A stretch of DNA of 64,000 nucleotides. It comes from Spirochaetales bacterium (GTDB lineage Bacteria; Spirochaetota; Spirochaetia; SZUA-6; RPPD01). Both the position numbers and the translations under genes were made by a program. This document shows, one piece after another, positions 34,819 through 44,047 of the stretch. The stretch lies in assembly GCA_016929065.1 (NCBI GenBank), contig JAFGJO010000042.1, positions 96,300-160,299 on the forward strand, read 5' to 3'. The number at the start of each line of letters is the position of its first letter. Within the stretch, counting starts at the first letter, position 1. Below the pieces are notes generated by a model that worked only from the letters and a program-made list of their open reading frames with translations, was not told where the DNA came from and made no database searches.

Positions 34819-36438
34819 TTATTCCTTCTTCTTCCGTTTCCGCTTCCAGATAACGCACGGCCCCTTGATCACCAAAAGCGAGAGACTGTCTTTATCAAGC
34901 ATTTCCCTTATCGCATCCTCGATATCTTTCGGTTTGTACGCATCGACAATTTTCACCTGGTCCTTTTTCATGCCGACCGCCCTGCCCAATAACTCATAGT
35001 CAACCGCGACTGATGCTTCCAGGGTAATCCTTTCGCCGGAAAAAGGATTCGGCTGCATGCCGGTCATCGCAGTGGTATTATTGTCCAGGACAATATACAG
35101 GCCTTTTCTTCCATTATAGGCTGCATTTACCAGATTGCTGATTCCGGAATGTGCAAAGGTCGAATCACCAATCACTGCAACCGTCTTCTTGATGGCAGTT
35201 TCACCTCCAGCAATCTCGATTCCCTGTGCAAGGCCGATACTGCCGCCCATTTCCACACAGGTATCCATGGCGCTCCACGGCGGGAGCACGCCAAGCGTGT
35301 AACAGCCGATGTCGCCGGTCACCGTGAGCCCCATCTCGTTTAATATTTTAAACACGGTCCGGTGCGGACATCCCGGGCATAATGCAGGAGGCCGCGGCGG
35401 GAGTTTTGGTGAAGCATAATATTCCTTTGTTTCCAAAGGTTCACCCATCGCTGCAGAAATTGTTTCCCTGACCACATCGGGAGAAAACTCTCCGGTTACC
35501 GGAAAAATATCTTTTCCCGTAACGGTATAGCCGCGGGCCTTGATCTCGATTTCAAAAAAAGCATCAAGTTCCTCCACGATAAAAATCCGGCCAACCTTTT
35601 TTGAAAACTCATCAATTTTTTTCCAGGGCAGCGGCCAGATCATTCCAAGTTTCAACACCGAAGCGTCCGGGAATGCCTCTTTGACATACATATAGTTGAT
35701 CCCGGAGGTGATAATGCCAAACCGGGTATCGTTAATTTCTATAATATTGATGTCAAAGCTGTCCGCATCGGCTGTCAGTTTTTCCATCCGTTTTTCCACA
35801 ACCTTGTGCCGTTCACGAGCAAAAGCGGGAATCATGACGTATTTTTTTATATCGCGGGAAAAACCCTCTGGCTTTAATGCCCGAACCTTTTCCAGGCTGG
35901 GAGACTGAGCGGCTTCGCTATCGGGTGTTACCACCGACATTGAATGGGAAATGCGGGTTGTGGTGCGCAGAATAACCGGGGTATCATATTTTTCCGACAA
36001 TTCAAAAGCCCGCACAGTGAAACGACGGGTTTCGTCACTGTCTGCCGGTTCAAGCATGGGAACTTTTGCCGAACGGGCGTAATTTCGATTGTCCTGCTCA
36101 TTTTGGGAACTGTGCATGTCGGGATCATCGGCATTGACGATAACCAGCCCCGCTTTTACACCGATATAGGAGCTGGTAAAAAGCGGGTCTGCGGCAACAT
36201 TCAGGCCGACATGCTTCATGGTCACCAGAGTCCGGGCGCCGGCAAGGCATGCGCCGATGCCCACTTCATAGGCAATTTTCTCGTTCACGCTCCACTCGGT
36301 ATAAATTCCCGGATATTTGGTGAGATTTTCAAGAATTTCTGTTGATGGGGTGCCCGGATAGCCGGCGCCGACCGCGACTCCGGCTTCAAAAGCGCCGCGT
36401 GCAACCGCTTCGTTGCCCGAAAGAAGAATTTTTTTCAT
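34819..36438 (-). CDS. iorA: Indolepyruvate ferredoxin oxidoreductase alpha subunit (TPP-dependent)
   Basis: 'MKKILLSGNEAVARGAFEAGVAVGAGYPGTPSTEILE'. TPP-binding 'GDIGCYTLG' region. C-terminal CxxC ferredoxin-like motifs. Confidence 0.9.
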   Translation of the reverse strand: MKKILLSGNEAVARGAFEAGVAVGAGYPGTPSTEILENLTKYPGIYTEWSVNEKIAYEVGIGACLAGARTLVTMKHVGLNVAADPLFTSSYIGVKAGLVIVNADDPDMHSSQNEQDNRNYARSAKVPMLEPADSDETRRFTVRAFELSEKYDTPVILRTTTRISHSMSVVTPDSEAAQSPSLEKVRALKPEGFSRDIKKYVMIPAFARERHKVVEKRMEKLTADADSFDINIIEINDTRFGIITSGINYMYVKEAFPDASVLKLGMIWPLPWKKIDEFSKKVGRIFIVEELDAFFEIEIKARGYTVTGKDIFPVTGEFSPDVVRETISAAMGEPLETKEYYASPKLPPRPPALCPGCPHRTVFKILNEMGLTVTGDIGCYTLGVLPPWSAMDTCVEMGGSIGLAQGIEIAGGETAIKKTVAVIGDSTFAHSGISNLVNAAYNGRKGLYIVLDNNTTAMTGMQPNPFSGERITLEASVAVDYELLGRAVGMKKDQVKIVDAYKPKDIEDAIREMLDKDSLSLLVIKGPCVIWKRKRKKKE

Positions 36439-36554
36439 ATGGCCAATCCTTCCATAAAAGATGAGTACAATAGTTACAAACGATTATTACCTGTGATTTT
36501 GTGATGTGTGTATACTATTTCCCAAAACAGGCCGTAAAGTCAAGGAGAAACTGG

Positions 36555-37250
36555 CTATTTCACTTCATACCCGGTAATTTCCATTTTCATGACCGGACTG
36601 CCCGGGCCTCCTGAAATGCCCTCATATTTTACCATATAATGCGGAGCCTCTTTTGTATACCAGACATATGTTTTCGGGAAAAAGATCCCCAACAACCCGT
36701 CAAGGCCCACCTCCAGCTCAAAGCATCGGACAGTCCCAAGCTTTGTCGCAACATCAGTTTCTTTTGTAAATGTGGCAAGTATCAAAATATCCCCGCCCTC
36801 CGACGTTCTCACCCTGATTGACCGGGTAGCGGGAAAAGGGAATCCCCGGAACAGATGCGTCATCCCGTTGTATTCAATAATGGCTATTTCATTTTTGTTT
36901 GTCGGAATGACATTTTTGTGCGTGGTGATTTCTTTCTCGACTGTAAAATATTTTGCCTTCACCTTTGTCCAGGAGTACACCACTTCCATCTTCCGGCGGT
37001 CGATTTTCAGGCGTTGGTCTTCGCTCTGGGAATCAGAAGTGACCTCATAGAGTTCTTTCCCGTTTTCTGTTTTTTGAAGGATTGTCTGCATCCGGGTAAA
37101 TGTCCTGTTCTCGATGGTGACCGAGTACGATATTTTTTCCCCGTCCGGGATAAGAGGATCGGTCAACACAGTGTCAGAAAATAACACAGCTGCTGAAAAA
37201 CCGGTGAAAAAAACAACAGCAAAAAGAAAAGCAGAAAAACGCATGGACAA
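36555..37250 (-). CDS. Secreted hypothetical protein (signal peptide; beta-rich)
   Basis: Signal peptide 'MRFSAFLFAVVFFTGFSAAVLFS'. No recognisable motif. Confidence 0.4.
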   Translation of the reverse strand: MSMRFSAFLFAVVFFTGFSAAVLFSDTVLTDPLIPDGEKISYSVTIENRTFTRMQTILQKTENGKELYEVTSDSQSEDQRLKIDRRKMEVVYSWTKVKAKYFTVEKEITTHKNVIPTNKNEIAIIEYNGMTHLFRGFPFPATRSIRVRTSEGGDILILATFTKETDVATKLGTVRCFELEVGLDGLLGIFFPKTYVWYTKEAPHYMVKYEGISGGPGSPVMKMEITGYEVK

Positions 37251-37331
37251 CTCCTGTCATGTTGATTTCTCTATAATAGAATAATTCATGTATCCGGACA
37301 AGTAATGGTAAAATCAGGTATCTGCAAAAAA

Positions 37332-38384
37332 CTATTGAGCTGTTTGCATGGTCTGATATGCCTCTAAAAGCAGGCTTTCAGTCGTTTCCCATCCAATACA
37401 GGGATCAGTGATGGATTGCCCGTAGACCAGGCTGCTTTTATCTGCAGGAATCACCTGGCATCCTGCCATAAGATTACTTTCAAGCATGACACCAACCAGG
37501 CTTGTATGTCCCTCTTTCCGGTTCTGCAGAAAAGCGCGCAGCACCCGTGCCTGCCGCTCCGGCTGTTTCGCAGCATTCGCATGACTGCAGTCAAGCACGA
37601 TCGCCTTTGGCACCTTTTCTTTTTCCAGCAGCATTTCTGCTCGCTCTACGCTCTCCAGGTAGTAGTTGGGTCCGCTTCTGCCGCCCCGAAGAATAAGGTG
37701 TACTGCTTTATTCCCCTTTGTCTTGAGCACAGCGGTTCGCCCCTGCTGGTCAATGCCCAAAAAGCTGTGGCCGGTGATCGAACTCACCATCGCATTCACT
37801 GCGGTAGTAAACTCACCGTCGGTCCCGTTTTTAAATCCCACCGGCATGGACAATCCCGATGCCATTTCCCGGTGCGTCTGGCTCTCGGTAGTCCTGGCCC
37901 CGATTGATGCCCATGAAATGAGGTCGGCGATATACTGGGGTACAATGGGGTCAAGCATTTCAGACCCGACCGGAATCCCCATGGAGGTGATGTCGATCAG
38001 AAGTTTCCGGGCAATGCGCAGCCCCTTTTTTATATTTCCTGTTCCGTCAATATCCGGGTCCAGGATGAGCCCGCGCCAGCCGACTGTGGTGCGGGGTTTT
38101 TCAAAATATACCCGCATGACCAGCTGTATTTTGTCTCTTACCTGTTTTTGCAATGCAGCCAGTTTTTCCGCGTATTCGAGTGCAGCTTTCGGGTCGTGAA
38201 TCGAGCAGGGTCCGACAACCGCGAACATCCGGGAGTCAATGCCTGCCAGAATCGCCTCGATACCGCGCCGGCCTGTGAGCACAGTATCTGCAGCAGTTTC
38301 CGAAATGGGAAATTCTTTTTTTAACTCATCCGGCGTCGGTAAAAGGTCGCAGGAGAGGATTCGCACATCACTGGTATTTTCCAT
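37332..38384 (-). CDS. 3-deoxy-7-phosphoheptulonate (DAHP) synthase, class I (AroF/G/H type)
   Basis: 'RMFAVVGPCSIHDPKAALEYAEKLAAL', 'VMRVYFEKPRTTVGWRGLILDPDIDGT', 'LLIDITSMGIPVGSEMLD' are class I DAHP synthase signatures. Confidence 0.9.
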   Translation of the reverse strand: MENTSDVRILSCDLLPTPDELKKEFPISETAADTVLTGRRGIEAILAGIDSRMFAVVGPCSIHDPKAALEYAEKLAALQKQVRDKIQLVMRVYFEKPRTTVGWRGLILDPDIDGTGNIKKGLRIARKLLIDITSMGIPVGSEMLDPIVPQYIADLISWASIGARTTESQTHREMASGLSMPVGFKNGTDGEFTTAVNAMVSSITGHSFLGIDQQGRTAVLKTKGNKAVHLILRGGRSGPNYYLESVERAEMLLEKEKVPKAIVLDCSHANAAKQPERQARVLRAFLQNRKEGHTSLVGVMLESNLMAGCQVIPADKSSLVYGQSITDPCIGWETTESLLLEAYQTMQTAQ

Positions 38385-38608
38385 CGCTCTAATGTAAAGA
38401 AAAAGAGGTGATCGGGCAAGAGCCCCGTATAATTACGAGTAATTTCGACACCTGTCAATATTACTCGCGAGTTTTTTCGACTTGTGGTCAAATTACACGC
38501 CTACCATTATTCTTGAAATGCAGTCAATTTTGGGCTATTTTTTCCCGAAATATGATTCAATGAACAGAAAGGATATTTGACAATAAAACAATTTAAATAA
38601 CCGCAGGC

Positions 38609-39415
38609 CTAATCCTTTGACACAGCTTTTGCCATCAGTTTCACCCGCATTTTTCTGGTCATAAAGCGGGTAAGAAAAAAGGCCGCAACACGGTTCATTG
38701 TTCCGGTAAGCACGCTTGGTTTTTTCCCCAGATTTTTCAACGCAATCTCTGCGACCTTCTCCGGCTTCATCACCGGGATCAACGGACGTGATTTCGCGGT
38801 CATCACGCTTTCCAGATACCCGGGTGTCGCGGTGGCACCGGCGATACAGGCCAGAACATCCACCCCAAAAGGCTTTAACTCAAACCACAGCCCCTCGGCC
38901 AGCACCATGTTATAAGCTTTGGTTGCGGAATAATGGGCAAAATTCGGCCCGCCCTGCATCCCGGCGAAAGAACTCATTAAAATGATTCCGCCCCTACCCC
39001 GTTTTTTCATCTGCTGCGCTGCAGCATACACAGAGACAAGGGGCCCGCGGCAGTTGGTAGAGAGCACCTTTTTGTGATCCTCCGTCCCCAAAGACAGGAA
39101 TTCCCCGGTTGGTGAGTATGCTGCATTATACACCAAAAGCCCGATCTCCCGTTTCTTGATTTCCCGGGCAAGTGTGTCCGCACTCTTTGATTCTGCAAGG
39201 TCAAGTACCCGGGTGACTACATCAACCTTGTATTTTTTCTCTATTTCCTTCCCGAACGCAGTCAGATCTTTTTTATTTCTGGCAACAAGGACCAGATTAA
39301 GCCCCCTGGCAGCAAGATTTTCCGCAAAGGCTGCCCCAATCCCTTTGGAAGCACCCGCAACAAGCGCCCATGGCCCGTATTTGATAAAAAACATCGCGTT
39401 CGTGCGCTGATTCAT
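38609..39415 (-). CDS. Short-chain dehydrogenase/reductase (SDR)
   Basis: Rossmann 'ALVAGASKGIGAAFA'. Catalytic 'YSATKAYNMV'. The ATG at 39415 overlaps the TGA of the upstream membrane-protein gene (ATGA). The 98-codon upstream extension is rejected. Confidence 0.8.
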   Translation of the reverse strand: MNQRTNAMFFIKYGPWALVAGASKGIGAAFAENLAARGLNLVLVARNKKDLTAFGKEIEKKYKVDVVTRVLDLAESKSADTLAREIKKREIGLLVYNAAYSPTGEFLSLGTEDHKKVLSTNCRGPLVSVYAAAQQMKKRGRGGIILMSSFAGMQGGPNFAHYSATKAYNMVLAEGLWFELKPFGVDVLACIAGATATPGYLESVMTAKSRPLIPVMKPEKVAEIALKNLGKKPSVLTGTMNRVAAFFLTRFMTRKMRVKLMAKAVSKD

Positions 39416-39984
39416 GATGCTGCCTTTGGTTCTTTTGTAAACGGATGCTCTTTGTACATACGGGCGATAATGATAAACGGGAAAACCAGCCAGGCCGCAT
39501 TCGCCGCCAGGACCATCCCCAGGACTGGACTGGCATGAGTTCCCCAGATTTCCTCGGATAATATCACGGTAACATTCGTAAAAAGAATGGCGGAATAAAT
39601 AATTGAAGGAATCCGTATCCACTCTTTCCCTTTGAGAAAAGCAAACAAGGCAACCAGGTAAAACGGCCCAAACAGCAGGGCGTCCAGCCAGATCGTCGCC
39701 TTCCACCATGCCGGCCGGGCAAGCAGAACCGGATCAAAGTTCTCCCCCCACCAGTGAACCAGATCCACGCAGGGTGCAGGCGGCCACACCGGGTACGCTG
39801 TAAAAGTTTCACCGGGAATTACCGAATTTGGTACTGCAATTTGCTCAAAATCGACAATATAGGTAATAAACAGAATATTCACTGCAAAGAAAATTATAAT
39901 AACAATATCGAGTGGTCTTTTTTTCAGTGGTATTATTGTACGCATCTCCCGCTCCTTGTTTCCGCTTTCATTCTCTTTCATCAT
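39412..39984 (-). CDS. Small four-helix integral membrane protein, possibly EXPERA/TMEM97-like, translationally coupled to the SDR
   Basis: 190 aa. Hydrophobic helices 'LDIVIIIFFAVNILFITYIV', 'ATIWLDALLFGPFYLVALFAFL', 'IIYSAILFTNVTVILSEEIW', 'VLGMVLAANAAWLVFPFIIIA'. The family assignment is tentative. Confidence 0.45.
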   Translation of the reverse strand: MMKENESGNKEREMRTIIPLKKRPLDIVIIIFFAVNILFITYIVDFEQIAVPNSVIPGETFTAYPVWPPAPCVDLVHWWGENFDPVLLARPAWWKATIWLDALLFGPFYLVALFAFLKGKEWIRIPSIIYSAILFTNVTVILSEEIWGTHASPVLGMVLAANAAWLVFPFIIIARMYKEHPFTKEPKAAS

Positions 39985-40079
39985 AACAAAGTGATATTAT
40001 TCACGCAAGGATATTGACGCAGTAACATGCTTGATGAATATTGCCGGGATAGATACAATACAGACATTCGAAGCAAAAA

Positions 40080-40619
40080 ATGAGCAAGTACATCGTTTCC
40101 AATGTCCAGGATTTTCTTGGGCTGTACAAAGAATTATTCCCCAAAATATACAATTATGTGCTGCGGAACGTGTATCACCAAGAGACTGCAGAAGACATTA
40201 CCGCCACAGTATTCGAAAAGGCACTCCGGCACATCAAAAAGCATCATAAAACAATTGAAAATTTTCAGGCCTGGATATACAGAATTGCAACAAATGAGAT
40301 GATTTCGAGTTATAACAAGAAGAGGCTGAAGAATGTTTTGAGTATCGATGACGAAAATCTGGCTTTGGAGAATCTCATAAAAGACGACAAACGGGACCCG
40401 TCGCACTATGAGGATTTCATGGATCTCAAGGCCGCCATTAAAAAACTCAAGCCAAATGAGGCATTGCTGATAGAACTGTTCTTTTTTGAAAAGCAGAGCT
40501 ATGAGGAGCTTGAAAAAGTCTTCGATGAAAAACAGGTAACGCTCAGGTCCAGGCTGCACCGTACGCTGAAAAAATTGGAACAGATACTCAAAGGAGAAGC
40601 GGGAGGAGATGCTGCATGA
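40080..40619 (+). CDS. ECF (sigma-24 type) RNA polymerase sigma factor
   Basis: Region 2 'FPKIYNYVLRNVYHQETAEDITATVFEKALRHI'. Region 4 'LKPNEALLIELFFFEKQSYEELEKVFDEKQVTLRSRLHRTLKKLEQIL'. Confidence 0.85.
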   Translation: MSKYIVSNVQDFLGLYKELFPKIYNYVLRNVYHQETAEDITATVFEKALRHIKKHHKTIENFQAWIYRIATNEMISSYNKKRLKNVLSIDDENLALENLIKDDKRDPSHYEDFMDLKAAIKKLKPNEALLIELFFFEKQSYEELEKVFDEKQVTLRSRLHRTLKKLEQILKGEAGGDAA

Positions 40620-42232
40620 ACGAAAATAATCCGCTTTTTAAACGGTTACAGAACACAAAAATACCTTCTGCTTCACATCCCGCTTTTGAGGAACAATTAT
40701 ACAGGCATCTTGAAAAGATCGCTGAAGAACCCGTAAAAAAATCAAAGCTTGCTTTTTTTCAAAAACCTGTTTTCCGGGCATTATCCGGTGCGGCTGCCGC
40801 TGCATGCGCACTGTTTCTTGTTGTCTTTTTTACCCAAACGACCGGCACTGCATATCAAAACCCTGTTGCACAGTACATTAATTCACCGCAGCCGCAGCAG
40901 CACCTTGCAGCGCTGGCATACGGCGGGCAGATAACCATAACAGACAAAAATTCGGTGCTTCCTTTTTCCCTCAATTCATCCATTCAGATCCCTGCGTCTC
41001 TCTCATGCGGAGAAAACTCGTTCCTGCTCATGCAGTACAATACATCTTCGATTGTGGAGCTTCAGGGTACGGCCCAGGCATCGATCACCTATCCGGAGAA
41101 CAGGAACAATGAAGCGGAAATATCATGTAAACTGATCACCGGGACGATCCTTGTAAAGGCGGTTTCAGGCAAACCATCTGCAATTACCGTTGAAACAACT
41201 GAAGGCGTGTTCACCCACACCGGTACAGTGTTTCTGGTAAAAACTGCGCCGGAAAAAGGGACAACGGTTGTCGTGCTGGAAGGAACAGTCACCGCATCCG
41301 GGGTGCAGGCAGACTCCTTTTCCATCCCCTCCGGCAGGGAGATATTTATCGCTCCGGACACAAAACATGTTTCACAGAGATCCGTCTCATCCGTCTCTGT
41401 TCAGAATCTGGAAAACTTCAACACTCATGAACCGTATTCAGAAATTACTGCCGGGAATTTGTATACTATGACCGTTTCATCAAATATTGCAGATGCGGCG
41501 ATTACCACCAGCAATGGATTTTCGGGTATTGGGAGCATCTCCTTTTTCGCACAAAAAGGAAAAAGCTTTACCGCCACGGCAGCCAAAGACGGATTCACTT
41601 CTGCATCGGCAACCATGATGCCGACCCAGGACAGCCAGACACTGCTTTTCCTGCGTCCTGTTGAATCCGGGCAAAAGCCGGACAGCACCGATCAGACTGA
41701 GGAGTCGGCAGTCCGGCAACCTGAAACATCTGTATCCGGTAAATTGCCAAAGGGAATTTTATTTGACTGGACACCCTCCATGCTGCTGCTTGAAGATCCC
41801 AAAGGGGATACAAAGACCGAACGATCCGGAGCCGATATCATCCGGGTGTACCATGCACTGTCAGAGGGAAAACATTATTTTTGTATTGTATCGGGGAATA
41901 TAAACGGTTCGATTTTAATAGATATTGAATACAGAATATCAGCATCACTTCCGGACGGTAAAACGCTTGTATTTTCCACCCATGCACAAAACAACACATG
42001 GGTGACAGACATGCGCCTTGAAGAAAACAGCTCCATCATTTCAACGGGAAACAATATCGGGACCTGTGCAGAAGGCGCGGATTTCATGGAAATTTCCTTT
42101 CCTTCGTCTGTCACGGCAGACGTTATCGCTGTGGGCACCCGCCTTGATACAATCTTCGAAACCAGAATGGCAATGTATCAAAGAAATGATGTATTGATTG
42201 ATCAGACAAAACAGGTGCCGATGGGATATTGA
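40616..42232 (+). CDS. Putative membrane-anchored anti-sigma factor with a large extracytoplasmic domain (about 440 aa)
   Basis: Start overlaps the sigma-factor stop (ATGA). Short cytoplasmic N-terminus. Single TM 'ALSGAAAAACALFLVVFF'. Long Ser/Thr-rich periplasmic domain. Confidence 0.5.
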   Translation: MNENNPLFKRLQNTKIPSASHPAFEEQLYRHLEKIAEEPVKKSKLAFFQKPVFRALSGAAAAACALFLVVFFTQTTGTAYQNPVAQYINSPQPQQHLAALAYGGQITITDKNSVLPFSLNSSIQIPASLSCGENSFLLMQYNTSSIVELQGTAQASITYPENRNNEAEISCKLITGTILVKAVSGKPSAITVETTEGVFTHTGTVFLVKTAPEKGTTVVVLEGTVTASGVQADSFSIPSGREIFIAPDTKHVSQRSVSSVSVQNLENFNTHEPYSEITAGNLYTMTVSSNIADAAITTSNGFSGIGSISFFAQKGKSFTATAAKDGFTSASATMMPTQDSQTLLFLRPVESGQKPDSTDQTEESAVRQPETSVSGKLPKGILFDWTPSMLLLEDPKGDTKTERSGADIIRVYHALSEGKHYFCIVSGNINGSILIDIEYRISASLPDGKTLVFSTHAQNNTWVTDMRLEENSSIISTGNNIGTCAEGADFMEISFPSSVTADVIAVGTRLDTIFETRMAMYQRNDVLIDQTKQVPMGY

Positions 42233-42235
42233 TCT

Positions 42236-43903
42236 TTACCCTGTCACTGCCCCTTCACTTGCGGATGATACCAGCCGGGCGAACTTTGCCAAAGCTCCGG
42301 TTTTGTATTTTATTTCTTTCGGTTTCCATGCTGATCTTCGCTTTTCAAGCTCAGTATCTGACACTGCAACAGACAATTCTTTTTTTGATGCACTGATGGT
42401 TATCACATCCCCTTCCTGTAAAAGGCCAATCACCCCTCCTGTTTGCGCCTCCGGGGCCACATGCCCCACAACTATTCCGTGACTTCCCCCGGAAAACCGG
42501 CCATCGGTGATCAGGGCCACCTCTTTTGCAAGGCCACGCCCCGCGATCGCACTGGTGGGTGCAAGCATCTCCCGCATGCCCGGCCCTCCTTTGGGCCCCT
42601 CATAGCGGATCACCACCACATCCCCGCTTTTGATCTTGCCGTCAAGAATCGCAGACAGTGCATCCTCTTCGCATTCATAGACCCTGGCCGGGCCGGTGTG
42701 CTCAATTTCCTGGAACCCGCAGGTTTTCAGTACTGCCCCTTCGCGGGCAAGGTTCCCTTTCAGTATGACAATCGGGCCGGTTGATTTTTCCGGGTTCTCT
42801 ATTGAATGCAAGACATCCTGTCCGTCCAGTTTCACCGTCACGTCTTTCAGGTTTTCTGCAACAGTCTTGCCGTTGACCGTAAGGCACTCGCCGTGCAGCA
42901 TTCCCGCATCGAGGAGCATTTTCATGACAACCTGAACACCGCCCACGCGGAAAAGGTCTTCCATGACATACTTGCCGGCCGGCTTCATGTCTGTGAGTAT
43001 GGGTGTTGTTTCGCTGAATGCATTAAACTCATCTATGGAGAGCGGCACTCCCGCTTCATGTGCCAATGCAAGCAGATGCAGCACGGCATTGGTTGACCCG
43101 CCAAGGGCCATCACCGTGCGAATCGCATTCTCAAACGCGTTCTTTGTCATGATATCCCGCGGCAAAACTTCATTCTGTATACACCATTGCAGTGCATCCG
43201 CACTGTCGCGCATCACCTTCTCCCGCGCAGAATCCATGGCAGGTACCGCTGCGCTGCCGGAGATACTCATCCCGATTGCCTCCATGGCGGATGCCATTGT
43301 ATTGGCTGTATACATCCCGCCGCAGGCTCCCGGCCCGGGACAGGCAGTACACTCCACGCCGTGAAGCTCTTCTTCGGAAATCTTCCCCGCGGAGAATTGG
43401 CCGACTGCCTCGAATGCACTGACAATATCAACAGCCCTGCCTTTATAATGACCTGCCGCGATGGTGCCGCCGTAGACAAAGACGCCTGGAATGTTGAGGC
43501 GCACCATTCCCATCACTGTTCCTGGAATTGTCTTGTCGCAGCCGCCGATTCCGTACAGGCCGTCAAGCTGATGCCCCCGGGAAAACAGTTCGACCACGTC
43601 GGCGATCGTCTCACGGCTGATAAGCGAACACTTCATCCCCTCATGGCCCATGGCCTGTCCGTCGGTCACCACAAAAGTATGAAATTCAACCGGAACGGTT
43701 AAATTTGTCCTCAGCGCCTGTTTTGCAAAAACCGCGATCTCGTCAAAGTGGCAGTTACAGGGCGATACATCGCTTCCCGCATTCGCAATTCCGACGATCG
43801 CCTTTTTAAAATCTTCGTCTTTGAATCCGACCGCCCGAAACATCGCGCGGTTCGCTGTCCGTTCAATACCTTCTGTCATCATTCTGCTGTTTTTATTATT
43901 CAT
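42236..43903 (-). CDS. ilvD: Dihydroxy-acid dehydratase
   Basis: 555 aa. 'CNCHFDE', 'CDKTIPG', 'GTCGGMYTANTMA' (2Fe-2S ligands) and 'SGGSHG' are IlvD/EDD family motifs. Confidence 0.9.
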   Translation of the reverse strand: MNNKNSRMMTEGIERTANRAMFRAVGFKDEDFKKAIVGIANAGSDVSPCNCHFDEIAVFAKQALRTNLTVPVEFHTFVVTDGQAMGHEGMKCSLISRETIADVVELFSRGHQLDGLYGIGGCDKTIPGTVMGMVRLNIPGVFVYGGTIAAGHYKGRAVDIVSAFEAVGQFSAGKISEEELHGVECTACPGPGACGGMYTANTMASAMEAIGMSISGSAAVPAMDSAREKVMRDSADALQWCIQNEVLPRDIMTKNAFENAIRTVMALGGSTNAVLHLLALAHEAGVPLSIDEFNAFSETTPILTDMKPAGKYVMEDLFRVGGVQVVMKMLLDAGMLHGECLTVNGKTVAENLKDVTVKLDGQDVLHSIENPEKSTGPIVILKGNLAREGAVLKTCGFQEIEHTGPARVYECEEDALSAILDGKIKSGDVVVIRYEGPKGGPGMREMLAPTSAIAGRGLAKEVALITDGRFSGGSHGIVVGHVAPEAQTGGVIGLLQEGDVITISASKKELSVAVSDTELEKRRSAWKPKEIKYKTGALAKFARLVSSASEGAVTG

Positions 43904-44047
43904 GGGTCACATCCTTTTTGTCAGGGAATAATTCAAAGATACTGATTAGAAACTTTTTGGGAAAGAAGAAAAAAACATTCTGCATCACACAAGCAACAAT
44001 AATGTTGCTTTAAGCGTACCTGCCGGACGTAGATGCCGCGGATGGTT

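Noticed and set aside
39416-39709. 98-codon N-terminal extension of the SDR ORF (MVEGDDLAGRP...).
   Set aside because: It overlaps the upstream membrane-protein gene in another frame. The internal ATG at 39415 gives the canonical SDR N-terminus with Rossmann motif and is translationally coupled (ATGA).
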